A stretch of 53,207 nt of DNA from Steroidobacteraceae bacterium. Lineage in GTDB: Bacteria > Pseudomonadota > Gammaproteobacteria > Steroidobacterales > Steroidobacteraceae. Positions 1 to 10,264 of the stretch are shown here, piece by piece. Location: NCBI GenBank assembly GCA_035623585.1, contig DASPTE010000074.1, positions 1 to 53,207 of the forward strand, in the 5' to 3' direction. Every line of letters starts with the position of its first letter. Position 1 is the first letter of the stretch. The translations under genes were made by a program, and so were the position numbers. Below the pieces are notes generated by a model. The model worked only from the letters and a program-made list of their open reading frames with translations. It ran no database searches and was not told the DNA's origin.

Positions 1-1
1 C

Positions 2-2050
2 TCTGCACGGACTATCGCCTCGATTGCGGCGGCGGCCGCGGCTGCGGGCCTCGCAGCAGGCTCGCTGTCCTCGACGGCGCCCGCCGCCGCTCGGCATGCG
101 CAGATCGGCGCCTTCGGTCTCGATCTGACCGGCGGCGATCCAAGCGTCAAGCCTGGCGATGATTTCTTCACCTATGCGAACGGCCACTGGTACGAGACGA
201 CGCAGATCCCGCCGGACCGCTCCTCGTGGGGTTCGTTCATCATCCTGCGCGAGCGCTCACTCGAGCAGATGCGGGGAATTCTGGAGGCGCTGCCGCGCGA
301 TGCGCCGGCGGGCACCAACCCGCAGAAGCTGCGGGACTTCTACCAGGCCTATCTCGATACCGACGCCATCGAACACACGGGGCTCGCGCCCGCGCGGCCG
401 ACGCTCGATGCCATCGCCGCCGCCGCAACGGGAGATGATCTCGCGAAGCTCATGGGGCGGCCGGAGCTGCGACTGCGTGCGCCCATCCGCTTCGACATCG
501 ATCCCGACGAGAAGGATCCCGAGCACTACATGGTGAGGATCGTCCAGAGCGGTCTCGGGCTCCCCGACCGCGACTACTACCTCAAGGACGAGGCGGTGTA
601 CAAGGACCTGCGCGCGAAATACGCGGCGCACATCGAGCGGCTGCTGAAACTCGCGGGCGATGCGGATGCGGCATCCGAAGCCAAGACCATCGTCGATCTC
701 GAGACCGAGATCGCGAAGCTTCACTGGCCGCGCGCCAAGATCCGCGAGCGTGATCTCACCTATAACCCCTACACGCGCGAGAGCCTCGTAGGCTTTGCGC
801 CCGGGTTCCCCTGGGTGGAGCTGCTCGGTGGAGCGAGCCTGGGTGCGCAGCCGCGCTTCATCGTTTTCGAGCCGGACGCCGTGCAGGGGCTCGGTGCGCT
901 CTTCGAGAAGACGCCGCTGAAGAGCTGGCAGTCGTATCTGCGCTATCACTATCTCGCGGGTAATTCGGACGTGCTGCCAAAAGCCTTCGACGATGAAGTC
1001 TTCGAGTTCTACGGCCGCACGCTCCATGGCCGCGAGCAGCAGCAGGCGCGCTGGAAACGCTCGGTCGATGCCGTCGATCGCTCGCTCGGGGAAGCGGCCG
1101 GTGCACTCTACGTCAAGCAATACTTCCCACCCTCTTCCAAGCAGCAGATGCTCGAGCTGGTCGAGAACCTGCGCGGCGCTTACCACAATCACATCGAAAA
1201 ACTCCCCTGGATGAGTGACGAGACCAAGAAGGTCGCGCTGGAGAAACTCGCCGCCTTTCACCCGAAGATCGGTTATCCGGACAAGTGGCGCGACTACTCG
1301 GCACTCGATGTGAAGCCGGGCGATGCGTTCGGGAACGTCTCGCGAGGGGTGGCGTTCGAGTGGCAGCGCAAGGTCAAGCGTCTCGGCGGGCCTACCGACC
1401 GCGGCGAGTGGGAGATGACGCCGCAGACGGTGAACGCGTACTACAACCCGACGTTCAACGAGGTGGTGTTCCCCGCTGCGATCCTCCAGGCGCCGTTTTT
1501 CGATCCAAACGCGGATGCGGCGGTCAACTATGGCGCCATCGGCAGCGTCATCGGCCACGAGATGGGTCACGGCTTCGACGACCAGGGCTCGAAGTCCGAC
1601 GCCCACGGGGTGCTGCACACCTGGTGGCTGCCATCCGACACCGACGCCTTTCACAAGCGCGTCGACCGCCTGGCGGAGCAGTACGACACCTACACCGTGC
1701 TGCCGGGGCTCAACATCAACGGCCGGCTGACGCTCGGTGAGAACATCGGAGACCTCGGCGGTGTGTCCGTGTCGAACGACGCCTATCACCGCTCGCTCCA
1801 TGGCGCCAAGCCCCCACTGCTCGATGGCCTCACGGGCGATCAGCGCTTCTTCCTCTCCCTGGCACAGGCGTTCCGCTTCAAACAGCGTCCCGAGGACCTG
1901 CGCTCGCAGGTCATGAGCGACCCGCACAGCCCGTCGAAGTACCGCGTGAACGGCGTGGTGCGCAACGTCGACGCCTGGTACGGGGCGTTCAACGTGCAGC
2001 CGGGCGAGAAGCTCTACCTGCCGGAGGACCAGCGCGTCCGCATCTGGTGA
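2..2050 (+). CDS. M13 family zinc metallopeptidase (PepO / endothelin-converting-enzyme-like), 5' end cut by window edge
   Basis: Track ORF 269..2050 carries VIGHEMGHGFDD (HExxH), NAYY and GENIGDLGG motifs. The same frame stays open back to nt 2 and encodes the family N-terminal motif KPGDDFFTYANGHW, so the true start is upstream of the window. Confidence 0.9.
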   Translation, partial: SARTIASIAAAAAAAGLAAGSLSSTAPAAARHAQIGAFGLDLTGGDPSVKPGDDFFTYANGHWYETTQIPPDRSSWGSFIILRERSLEQMRGILEALPRDAPAGTNPQKLRDFYQAYLDTDAIEHTGLAPARPTLDAIAAAATGDDLAKLMGRPELRLRAPIRFDIDPDEKDPEHYMVRIVQSGLGLPDRDYYLKDEAVYKDLRAKYAAHIERLLKLAGDADAASEAKTIVDLETEIAKLHWPRAKIRERDLTYNPYTRESLVGFAPGFPWVELLGGASLGAQPRFIVFEPDAVQGLGALFEKTPLKSWQSYLRYHYLAGNSDVLPKAFDDEVFEFYGRTLHGREQQQARWKRSVDAVDRSLGEAAGALYVKQYFPPSSKQQMLELVENLRGAYHNHIEKLPWMSDETKKVALEKLAAFHPKIGYPDKWRDYSALDVKPGDAFGNVSRGVAFEWQRKVKRLGGPTDRGEWEMTPQTVNAYYNPTFNEVVFPAAILQAPFFDPNADAAVNYGAIGSVIGHEMGHGFDDQGSKSDAHGVLHTWWLPSDTDAFHKRVDRLAEQYDTYTVLPGLNINGRLTLGENIGDLGGVSVSNDAYHRSLHGAKPPLLDGLTGDQRFFLSLAQAFRFKQRPEDLRSQVMSDPHSPSKYRVNGVVRNVDAWYGAFNVQPGEKLYLPEDQRVRIW

Positions 2051-4578
2051 ACCCGGTCCTCCCCATCGAGGAGGCGCTGCCGGCGCTGCGGCAGGCTCTC
2101 GGGGCAGGGCGCTCAGCGGTGCTGCAGGCGCCCCCCGGTGCCGGCAAAAGCACGGTCGTACCGCTTGCGCTACTTGAGGAGGAATGGGCGCGGAGCAAGC
2201 GGCTCATCATGCTCGAGCCGCGCCGCCTCGCCGCGCGCGCCATCGCCGCCCGCATGGCGCAGACGCTTGGCGAGAGCGTCGGCGGCACGGTCGGTTACCG
2301 CACGCGGCTCGACACCCGCGTCTCGAGCGCAACCCGCATCGAGGTCGTCACCGAGGGCGTACTCACGCGCTTGCTGCAGCAAGATCCCGCGCTCGAAGGC
2401 GTGGCCGCACTCATCTTCGATGAGTTTCACGAGCGCAATCTGCAGGCGGACTTAGGTCTCGCGCTCGCACTCGATGCGCGCTCGAACCTCACCCCAAAGC
2501 TGCGCCTGCTCGTGATGTCGGCGACGCTCGATGGGGAAGCGGTCGCACGGCTGCTCGCCGATGCAGCGCTCATCAGTGCCCCGGGGCGCAGCTTCCCCAT
2601 CGACATCCACTACGCCGGCAAGGGGCCGCCGCAACTCCCGGCGCCGGCCCGGGGCACCGGGACGCCCGAGGGGCTCGTCGCGAACCTGACTGTGCGTGCG
2701 CTGCGCGAGGAGGAGGGTGATGTGCTCGTCTTCCTCCCCGGCGCGCGCGAAATTCGCCGCGTCCACTCGCTCCTCGAGAGCGCGGGGCTCCCTCCAGGGA
2801 TTCGCGTGCTGCCGCTCTTCGGGGATCTGGCGAGTACGGAGCAGGACGCGGCGCTCGCACCCGCACCGCGCGGTGAACGCCAGGTCGTGCTCGCGACGAA
2901 CATCGCCGAGACCAGCCTCACGATTCCCGGGGTGCGCGTTGTCGTCGATTCGGGGCTCGTGCGGCGCGCGCGCTTTGACCCCGAGACCGGAATGAGCCGT
3001 CTCGAGACCGAGCGCATCTCGCGCGCCTCGAGCGAGCAGCGCGCCGGGCGTGCCGGACGGCTCGCGGCCGGGGTCTGCTACCGTGCGTGGAGCGAGGGGG
3101 CACAGGAGGCCCTGCGGCCGTTCACGCCCCCGGAGATCACCGAAGCAGACCTCGCCCCTCTCGCGCTCGAGCTCGCAGGCTGGGGTGTGCGGGACGCCAC
3201 GCAGCTGAGCTGGCTCGATCCACCTCCCGCTGCGATGCTCGCGAGCGCGCGCGAGCTCCTCGTCCGCCTCGCAGCGCTCGATGCGGCAGGTCGCATCACC
3301 CCGCACGGTCGCGAGATGGCGCGTCTCGCCGTGCACCCGCGCCTCGCGCATATGCTCTTGCGCTCGCGCGATCTCGATGCTGTGCCACTTGCCGCGCAGC
3401 TCGCGGCGCTCCTCTCCGAGCGCGATCTCCTGCACGCGGGCCCAGCTCACGATGCGGACATCCGCACGCGACTTGAGCTTCTGCGGGGCGAGCACGAGCG
3501 AGCTCGGGTCGATCGTGCGGGACTCGAGCGGGCACGGCGCAGTGCACGGGAGCTCGAGCGGCGGCTCGGTGGCGGTAGTGCCGCCACCGGCGATCCGGGA
3601 CTCCTTCTCGCCTTCGCTTATCCCGATCGCATCGGCAGGAAGCGCGCCGGCGGGACGGGCCGCTTCGCGCTCACGAACGGCCGCGGTGCTGCCTTCGCGG
3701 AAGCGCAGGGACTTGCGCAGCGGCAGTTCATCGTCGCGGTGGACCTCGATGACCGCGAGCGCGATGCGCGCATCCTGCTCGCCGCCCCGATCGAAAAAGC
3801 CGACGTCCTCCGGCAGTTCGCCGATCGCATCCGGACACGCGAAGCTGTGGAATGGAACGCGCGCGAAGAGGCCGTGAGCGCGCGCCGCACGCTCGAACTC
3901 GATGCACTCGTGATTGAGGAAAAGCCGCTCGCCGAAATCTCTCCGGATGCTGCCCGGGAGGCCATGCTGAAGGGCGTGCGTGCACTCGGCGTCGCGGCGC
4001 TTCCCTGGGACGAGGACGCACGCGATCTGCAGGCGCGGCTTGAGTTCGTGCGCACGGCTCTCGGTGTGGATGCACGGGGCGGCGCCGAGACGTGGCCGCC
4101 GAGCTCGGATGCCGCGCTCGCGGATTCTCTCGCTACCTGGCTCGCGCCCTGGCTCGAAGGCATCACGCGCCGCGAGCAGCTCTCGCGCTTGCCGCTCGTT
4201 GAAGCTTTGCGTGCGCGGCTGACGCGCGAGCAGCAGCGCGAGCTCGCGGAATGGGCGCCGACCCACCTCACACTCCCGGGCGGCTCACGCGTGCGCGTCG
4301 ACTATCGCGGTGAGCACGCGCCGGCGGTCGCGGTGAAGCTGCAGGAAGTGTTCGGGCTTGCGACGACCCCACGCGTGGGCCGCGGTCGGGTGCCAGTGAC
4401 CTTCAAGCTGCTTTCACCGGCGCAGCGCCCGGTGCAGGTCACGCGCGATCTTGCGAGCTTCTGGCGCGGCTCGTATGCGGAGGTGCGCAAGCAGATGCGC
4501 GGCCGGTATCCGAAGCACTACTGGCCCGAGAATCCTCTTCAGGCGCAGCCCTCGCGTGGCGTGCGCCGACCGCGTTAG
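2047..4578 (+). CDS. hrpB: ATP-dependent RNA helicase HrpB (DEAH-box)
   Basis: 843 aa with Walker A APPGAGKST and DEFHER (DEAH box), length typical of HrpB. The GTG start overlaps the upstream stop (GGTGA). Confidence 0.9.
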   Translation: MNPVLPIEEALPALRQALGAGRSAVLQAPPGAGKSTVVPLALLEEEWARSKRLIMLEPRRLAARAIAARMAQTLGESVGGTVGYRTRLDTRVSSATRIEVVTEGVLTRLLQQDPALEGVAALIFDEFHERNLQADLGLALALDARSNLTPKLRLLVMSATLDGEAVARLLADAALISAPGRSFPIDIHYAGKGPPQLPAPARGTGTPEGLVANLTVRALREEEGDVLVFLPGAREIRRVHSLLESAGLPPGIRVLPLFGDLASTEQDAALAPAPRGERQVVLATNIAETSLTIPGVRVVVDSGLVRRARFDPETGMSRLETERISRASSEQRAGRAGRLAAGVCYRAWSEGAQEALRPFTPPEITEADLAPLALELAGWGVRDATQLSWLDPPPAAMLASARELLVRLAALDAAGRITPHGREMARLAVHPRLAHMLLRSRDLDAVPLAAQLAALLSERDLLHAGPAHDADIRTRLELLRGEHERARVDRAGLERARRSARELERRLGGGSAATGDPGLLLAFAYPDRIGRKRAGGTGRFALTNGRGAAFAEAQGLAQRQFIVAVDLDDRERDARILLAAPIEKADVLRQFADRIRTREAVEWNAREEAVSARRTLELDALVIEEKPLAEISPDAAREAMLKGVRALGVAALPWDEDARDLQARLEFVRTALGVDARGGAETWPPSSDAALADSLATWLAPWLEGITRREQLSRLPLVEALRARLTREQQRELAEWAPTHLTLPGGSRVRVDYRGEHAPAVAVKLQEVFGLATTPRVGRGRVPVTFKLLSPAQRPVQVTRDLASFWRGSYAEVRKQMRGRYPKHYWPENPLQAQPSRGVRRPR

Positions 4579-4645
4579 CCGCAGATCCGCGTGCGGACGA
4601 TCGGGTATATTCCTTCGCACTCAGGTCGAGGGGGACGCGAGAGAC

Positions 4646-5278
4646 GTGTTGTCGGCACAAGGGGCGCTCGATGCGCTGCGCGAGGGCAATCGCCGCTTCG
4701 TGGGCGAACTGCAGGGGGATGCGCGTGCGGGCAACGCGCGCCGCCGCGTGCTGCCCGAGCGGCAGGAGCCGCTCGCCATCGTGCTTGGCTGCTCGGACGC
4801 GCGCGTGCCGGCCGAGATCGTCTTTGATCAGGGGCTTGGGGATCTCTTCGTCATCCGCGTCGCGGGCAACATCGTCGCCCCCTCGCAGGTGGGAAGCGTG
4901 GAATTCGCCGCGGAGAACTTCGGCACGCGACTCGTGGTGGTGCTCGGGCACACGCACTGCGGGGCGATCCAGGCGACGCTGCGCCAGCTCACCCGACCGA
5001 CACGCGAGCAGTCACGCAATCTCGGCTCGATCGTTGATCGCATCCGCCCCGCGGTGCAGGGACTCCTTGAGGAGGGGCGTTCCGACGATTCGGAGTTGCT
5101 CGAGCATCAGGCGGTGCGCGCCAACATCCGCATGTCGGCCGATCATCTGCGCCATGGCTCCGCGATCCTCGAAGAGCTGATCACGAGCGGGGGACTGCGG
5201 GTTGTCGGTGCCGAGTATTCGCTCGAAACCGGCGTCGTCGATTTCTTTGACGGGGTGCCGCTGGCGCCCCCGGGGTGA
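4646..5278 (+). CDS. beta-class carbonic anhydrase
   Basis: Has CSDARVP, FVIRVAGN and HTHCGA zinc-ligand motifs. I trimmed the track ORF (4451) to the GTG at 4646 because the upstream part overlaps hrpB and is Arg-rich nonsense. Confidence 0.85.
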   Translation: MLSAQGALDALREGNRRFVGELQGDARAGNARRRVLPERQEPLAIVLGCSDARVPAEIVFDQGLGDLFVIRVAGNIVAPSQVGSVEFAAENFGTRLVVVLGHTHCGAIQATLRQLTRPTREQSRNLGSIVDRIRPAVQGLLEEGRSDDSELLEHQAVRANIRMSADHLRHGSAILEELITSGGLRVVGAEYSLETGVVDFFDGVPLAPPG

Positions 5279-5288
5279 CTGTCCTCCC

Positions 5289-5750
5289 TTAGCGCGGGGC
5301 GATGCTGCCGAAGCGCCGCTGCAGGAAGTAATCGAGCGAGGCAGCGCCTGCCCCGGCGATCGCAAGCCAGACGAAGAGCGCGAGGTACTCGAACTCGTCG
5401 AAACCAAGGAGCGTCTCGAGCGAGTCAACCTCGGCCCACTTTGCCGCGCGAATGGCGACGATCATGGTGACGCCGAGCGCCCCTGCGGAGATGCGCGTCA
5501 CCAGGCCGAAGAGCAGGAACAGACCGCCGAAGAACTCGACTCCGGATACGAACGGCGTGAGCAGATGCGGGAAGGGAACGCCCCAGCCGATGAAGTTCTC
5601 GGTCACCTGAGGGAGGTTGTGAAGCTTCCCCCAGCCGCTTAAGAGGAACACCCAGCCCACCGTGATGCGCGCAAAAAGCGGCGCGAGCCAGTTGAGATGC
5701 ACAGCCACCTTCTGCGGCCATTCGAGCAGCCACTTCACGAGAAATTTCAT
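5289..5750 (-). CDS. DoxX family membrane protein
   Basis: About 153 aa with four hydrophobic helices and a DoxX-like pattern (ARITVGWVFLLSGWGKL, FGGLFLLFGLVTR). Start moved to the internal ATG (MKFLVKW). Confidence 0.8.
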   Translation of the reverse strand: MKFLVKWLLEWPQKVAVHLNWLAPLFARITVGWVFLLSGWGKLHNLPQVTENFIGWGVPFPHLLTPFVSGVEFFGGLFLLFGLVTRISAGALGVTMIVAIRAAKWAEVDSLETLLGFDEFEYLALFVWLAIAGAGAASLDYFLQRRFGSIAPR

Positions 5751-5873
5751 CGCTGGGCTCCTGCTTGAGCTTGGGAACAGTTGGGCGATTAGACCGGGCG
5801 CTTTGCCGCGATATTGCCGGGGTACGAGCGCCCCCGTGCGTATAATCGCGCGGCTCAGGAACTCGACCCCCGC

Positions 5874-6452
5874 ATGCGCAATTCTCAACCGGGACCCCCG
5901 GTCTCCTCAATCGTCGAGCGGCTGCCGGCGACGGATTCGGCTGCGCCGTTGGTGGGGGTATTTGCGGCGCTGCGCCCCGACCTCTTGCGCTTCGCCCACT
6001 GGCTGGCGCGCGATCGGGCGATTGCGGAGGACATCGTGCAGGAGGCGCTTTTGCGCGCCTGGCGCTCCCGGGAGGCGCTGCAGGATCTGGGTGCGGCACG
6101 CCCCTGGCTGCTGACGATCGTGCGCCGCGAACATGCGCGGCTTTACGAGCGCAAGCGCCTCGAGCTCGTGTCTCTCGATGATGTGCTCGAGACCCAGGCC
6201 GCTCCACGATACGCCGAAGCAGACGGAGACCTTTTTACCTTGCGCCATGCGATCATGAGACTGCCGCTTGAATACCGTGAACCATTGCTGCTCCAGGTCT
6301 TCGGTGGATTCTCCACCGAAGAGATCGCACGCGAGCTCGCGCTCTCGACCACCGCGGTGCTGACCCGCCTCTTTCGCGCGCGCAACAAGCTGCGTGTCAT
6401 CTGCGGCATGCCCTCGGCCAACGACGCCGCGGCGCCCGAGAGCCTCACGTGA
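5874..6452 (+). CDS. ECF-type RNA polymerase sigma-70 family factor
   Basis: Region 2 (AEDIVQEALLRAW) and region 4 helix-turn-helix (EEIARELALSTTAVLTRLFRARNKL). Start chosen at MRNSQ. Confidence 0.85.
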   Translation: MRNSQPGPPVSSIVERLPATDSAAPLVGVFAALRPDLLRFAHWLARDRAIAEDIVQEALLRAWRSREALQDLGAARPWLLTIVRREHARLYERKRLELVSLDDVLETQAAPRYAEADGDLFTLRHAIMRLPLEYREPLLLQVFGGFSTEEIARELALSTTAVLTRLFRARNKLRVICGMPSANDAAAPESLT

Positions 6453-7132
6453 TCTGCGAACAGGCACAGCTCGAGATCGGTGCCGACCCGCGCGCGAGCT
6501 CGCGCGAGCTCGACGAGCACCTGCGTTCGTGCCCGGCCTGCGCGAGCTTTAGCGCGCAGATGCGCGCCCTCGATGCTGACATTCGCCGCGCACTCGATTC
6601 CCCGCCGCCCACTGCGGCGGCGGCCGTGCGCGTGCAAAAACCGAAAGCCGCATGGCGCGAGTGGGCGCTGGCGGCGAGCGTCCTCCTGGCGACACTTGCG
6701 GTGCTCGGGCTCTGGCTCCTGCGCCCGACCGACACACTCGCGCACGAAGTCGCGGAGCACGTCGAGAAGGAGCCCCAGAGCTGGACGAGCACGCATGAGA
6801 GCGCCGAGAGCATCGACAAGGCGCTGCGCGGCTCGGGGGTCAAGCTCGATATCAACTCCGACAAAGTCACCTTTGCGGCGAGCTGTTGGTTCCGCGGGCA
6901 GTACGTGCCGCACTTCGTCGTGCAGACCGCGCACGGGCCTGCCCAGCTCATCATCCTGCGGAACATGATGGTGGCGGGGCGGCGCACTTTCCACGAGGCG
7001 GGCATGAGCGGTGTCATCGTGCCCGCCGAATACGGCAGCATCGCGGTTCTCGCTCACGGCGGTGCTGCCGGCGTCGATGCGATGGCCGGCGAGATGCAGC
7101 AGGACGTGCACTGGCTCGCGGACGCTCGCTAA
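6449..7132 (+). CDS. anti-sigma factor (zinc-finger N-terminus, single TM; DUF3379-like)
   Basis: 4-nt overlap with the sigma gene (GTGA). N-terminal H-x3-C-x2-C motif (EHLRSCPAC) and a central TM helix (WALAASVLLATLAVLGLWLL). Confidence 0.7.
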   Translation: MICEQAQLEIGADPRASSRELDEHLRSCPACASFSAQMRALDADIRRALDSPPPTAAAAVRVQKPKAAWREWALAASVLLATLAVLGLWLLRPTDTLAHEVAEHVEKEPQSWTSTHESAESIDKALRGSGVKLDINSDKVTFAASCWFRGQYVPHFVVQTAHGPAQLIILRNMMVAGRRTFHEAGMSGVIVPAEYGSIAVLAHGGAAGVDAMAGEMQQDVHWLADAR

Positions 7133-7164
7133 GCCACCCCGGCGAGCCAGCGCGAGCGACCGAC

Positions 7165-7539
7165 GTGAAGCGCCGCAAAGGTCAGGCCGTACTCGAAGCG
7201 CTGCGCCGTCGCGAGCCGCTCTTCCACCGTTCCGAGTTCGGGCGCTCGCGCGCGGAGCTCGAGCGGCTGATCGTCAAGGACTTCTGGGAGATCGGCGCTT
7301 CGGGCCGCCGCTACAGCCGCCGCTACGTGCTCGATACACTGGCGGCGAGCGAGCTGCAGCCGATCGACGACGACTGGAAGGCGGGCAACTTCCGCTGCCG
7401 CAAGCTCGCCCCGGGTCTGTATCTTCTCACCTACACTCTGCTTCAGGGTACGCGCAAGACGCGGCGCGCCACGATCTGGCAGCGTAAGGATAGGAGCTGG
7501 AAGGCAGTCTTCCACCAGGGAACCATCGTGCAGGAATAA
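7165..7539 (+). CDS. DUF4440 / SnoaL-like (NTF2 fold) small protein
   Basis: 124 aa from the GTG at 7165. The family call rests on my recollection of this sequence pattern (FWEIGASGRRYSR ... LLTYTLLQG ... RATIWQRKDRSWKAVFHQGT). Confidence 0.55.
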   Translation: MKRRKGQAVLEALRRREPLFHRSEFGRSRAELERLIVKDFWEIGASGRRYSRRYVLDTLAASELQPIDDDWKAGNFRCRKLAPGLYLLTYTLLQGTRKTRRATIWQRKDRSWKAVFHQGTIVQE

Positions 7540-7545
7540 ATCGAG

Positions 7546-9726
7546 ATGTTGAATCGGATCAGTCGACGGGAGCTTTTTATGGGAGCCGGAGGTTTGTTCG
7601 CGGCGTGGGTCGCTCGTCGCAGCGAGGGGGCGAGTGCGGCGAGCGGCAGCCCGATTCCGCCAGCCCCGATCGCCCGGGTCTCGGTCGCGACCGACAACTA
7701 TTTCGGCGACACGGTGCGTGATCCCTATCGCTGGATGGAGAACGACAAGGACCCCGAGTGGCTGCCGTTCCTCAAGGGGCAGGACGCCCACGCGCGCGCC
7801 GTTCTCGCGAGGATCCCCGGGCGGGGCGAGCTGCTCAAGCGGATCGAGCAGCTCTCCGGTGATGCCGCGGTGACGCGTGGCGCACGGCGCGCGGGAAGCA
7901 GGCTCTTTTACGAGCAGCGGCCCGCGGGTGCCAACAACTTCAAGCTCTTCGTCAGCGAGCGCGGCGTAACGCACGTCCTCATCGACCCGACCACGCTCAA
8001 GACCACGAGCGGCCATCTGTCGCTCGATTGGTGGCGGCCCTCGCCCGATGGCTCGCACGTCGTCTACGGACTTTCGAAAGACGGGAGCGAAGACTCCGTT
8101 CTCCACATTCTCAGGGTGGCTGACGGAGCTGATCTGCCCGAGCGCATCGCCAACACCGAAGCCGCCAACCCCCAGTGGCTCGATGACGGATCGGGATTCT
8201 TCTATAACCAGCTGACCGGTACGGTCGACACGCCCGAGCGCTACCTCGATAGCCAGGCGCGCTTTCATCGCCTCGGGACCGATCCGCAGTCCGATCCCAT
8301 CCTCATGCAGCGGGGCCTCGATCCCACGGTGCAGTACGAGCGCATCCAGCTGCCGACGATCGTTACCTTCGAAGGATCCGCGTACGCGCTCCTCGTCCTC
8401 CAGGACGTACGTACCGAGACGCGGCTCCTCATCGCTCCGGTTGCGGATGCCGTGGCGAAGCGCGCGCAGTGGCACCCGGTGGCCACTTTCGAAGACGAGA
8501 TCACCGGCGCCGCGATCGACGGCGAGGCGCTCTATCTTCTCGCCAACAAGGATCACCCGCGTGGCCGGATTCTCAAGACCTCGGTCAGCGCACCGAGCGT
8601 TGCGAACGCGATGGAGGTGGTCCCGGAAAGCGCGATGGTCATCGACAGCCTGGCCCGCGCCCGCGATGCGTTCTATCTGGAAATGATGGACGGGGGCATC
8701 AGCCGGCTCAAGCGACTCGATCGCAGCGGCAAAGTGAGCGAGGTCGCGCTCCCCTTCGACGGCACGGTCGGCGCGCTCTCCTGCGAGGCTACGGCGGATG
8801 GGGCGCTCTTCTCGTTCGCAGGCTGGCTCACCCCGGACGACATCTGGGCCGTCGACGCCGCGGGCAAGGTCTCAGCCACGGGACTCACGCCGAGGCCCCC
8901 GATCGATGTCAGTGCGTACGAGACGCAGCGCGCCTTCGCCACTGCGCGCGATGGCACGCGCATCCCCTACACCCTGATCTATCGGAAGGGACTCAAGCGC
9001 GATGGCCGCACTGCGGCGTGGATTTCGGCCTACGGTTCCTACGGCATCTCCTATACCCCCAGGTTCGCGGGCCGGACGCTCGCGCTCGTCGATGCCGGTT
9101 TCATCGTGGGCTATGCGAACGTGCGCGGGGGCGGGGAGTACGGGCGCGACTGGCACAAAGCCGGACAGCTCGCGAACAAGCCCAACACCTGGCGCGATCT
9201 GATCGATGTCTGCGAGGAGCTCTGCGCGCTCAAGTACACCTCGCCCGCGCGACTCGCGATCGGCGGACGCTCCGCAGGGGGCATCACCGTCGGCCGCGCC
9301 ATAACCGAGCGTCCCGAGCTCTTTGCCGCGGTCATCGATGGCGTTGGCTGGTCAAATCCGCTGCGCTACGTCGCCGAGCAGAATGGCTACGGCGAGGAGC
9401 CCGAGTGGGGCGCGATCTCGGAGGAATCGGGTTACCGCGCGCTCAAGGGCATCGACAGCTACCAGGCGGTCAAGGATGGGGTCGCGTATCCGGCGGTGCT
9501 CCTGACCACCGGCGTCACCGACCCCAGGGTCGGGCCGTTTCACGTCGCGAAGATGGCGGCGCGGCTTCAGGCGGCGACGAGTTCGCAGAAGCCGATCCTC
9601 CTGCGCGTCGATTTCGATGCGGGGCACGGCATCGGCTCGACGCGCACTCAGCAGGATCAGGAGGCCACCGACACGTACGCCTTCCTCCTTTGGCAGACGG
9701 GGGCCAAGGGGTATCAGCCCACGTAG
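7546..9726 (+). CDS. prolyl oligopeptidase family serine peptidase (S9A), Tat/Sec-exported
   Basis: DPYRWMEND N-terminal hallmark, GGRSAGG nucleophile elbow and a C-terminal DAGHG region. Twin-arginine-like leader SRRELFMGAGGL. Confidence 0.9.
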   Translation: MLNRISRRELFMGAGGLFAAWVARRSEGASAASGSPIPPAPIARVSVATDNYFGDTVRDPYRWMENDKDPEWLPFLKGQDAHARAVLARIPGRGELLKRIEQLSGDAAVTRGARRAGSRLFYEQRPAGANNFKLFVSERGVTHVLIDPTTLKTTSGHLSLDWWRPSPDGSHVVYGLSKDGSEDSVLHILRVADGADLPERIANTEAANPQWLDDGSGFFYNQLTGTVDTPERYLDSQARFHRLGTDPQSDPILMQRGLDPTVQYERIQLPTIVTFEGSAYALLVLQDVRTETRLLIAPVADAVAKRAQWHPVATFEDEITGAAIDGEALYLLANKDHPRGRILKTSVSAPSVANAMEVVPESAMVIDSLARARDAFYLEMMDGGISRLKRLDRSGKVSEVALPFDGTVGALSCEATADGALFSFAGWLTPDDIWAVDAAGKVSATGLTPRPPIDVSAYETQRAFATARDGTRIPYTLIYRKGLKRDGRTAAWISAYGSYGISYTPRFAGRTLALVDAGFIVGYANVRGGGEYGRDWHKAGQLANKPNTWRDLIDVCEELCALKYTSPARLAIGGRSAGGITVGRAITERPELFAAVIDGVGWSNPLRYVAEQNGYGEEPEWGAISEESGYRALKGIDSYQAVKDGVAYPAVLLTTGVTDPRVGPFHVAKMAARLQAATSSQKPILLRVDFDAGHGIGSTRTQQDQEATDTYAFLLWQTGAKGYQPT

Positions 9727-9789
9727 CGTGCTCTACGTGTGGCAGACTTGAGCGATCAACGCCCAGGGTCGGGGAGCGAGGTCAGTGAC

Positions 9790-10245
9790 ATGAGCCGCCG
9801 TCGGATCGCGCTGTTGCTTGCACTTGGCGTCTTGGGCGGCTGTGCGAGCGTCCGCTCGGGCGTTCTCTCCCCGGTGCAGGGGCCGCTCTCAACTCAGACA
9901 CCGAAGCCGGTTTACGCCGTCACGGCACAGGGCATCTCCTCTGGGTACTCCGGGCAGATGAGCGTTGCGCTCCCATCCGGCGAGAATTGCACGGGCACCT
10001 GGGCGTCCGTGCCTCAGGGGGATGCATCTTTCAAGGATATGGCGGAAGTTTGGGATGCGGTTTACGGAAAGGGGTTTTTCGGATCCGACGTCTGGGGGTC
10101 CGATCTCCTCGCACGGGGCGTGTTGAAGGGAGGCAGTGGTACGGTCATCAACGTCGAGATGTTCCGCCCGGCGGGCAGGCGCCAGAGCGACTTCCGTGGC
10201 GTCGCCAAGGACAACAAAGGCAACATCTACAAGCTGACTTTCTGA
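9790..10245 (+). CDS. hypothetical lipoprotein
   Basis: Signal peptide plus lipobox (LLLALGVLGGC) and high third-position GC. No family recognised. Confidence 0.55.
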   Translation: MSRRRIALLLALGVLGGCASVRSGVLSPVQGPLSTQTPKPVYAVTAQGISSGYSGQMSVALPSGENCTGTWASVPQGDASFKDMAEVWDAVYGKGFFGSDVWGSDLLARGVLKGGSGTVINVEMFRPAGRRQSDFRGVAKDNKGNIYKLTF

Positions 10246-10264
10246 GTCGCCCCTCAGGCGTTTG

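Noticed and set aside
257-1927. 556-aa ORF antisense to the M13 peptidase gene
   Set aside because: A typical high-GC shadow ORF. It lies wholly inside a gene with clear catalytic motifs on the other strand, and its translation is Arg/Ala/Leu-rich with no recognisable domain.
2452-4266. 604-aa ORF antisense to hrpB
   Set aside because: Same shadow-ORF signature. hrpB on the plus strand has clear helicase motifs.
7129-8556. 475-aa ORF antisense to the DUF4440 and prolyl oligopeptidase genes
   Set aside because: Shadow ORF. The plus strand encodes proteins with recognisable motifs (DPYRWMEND and others).
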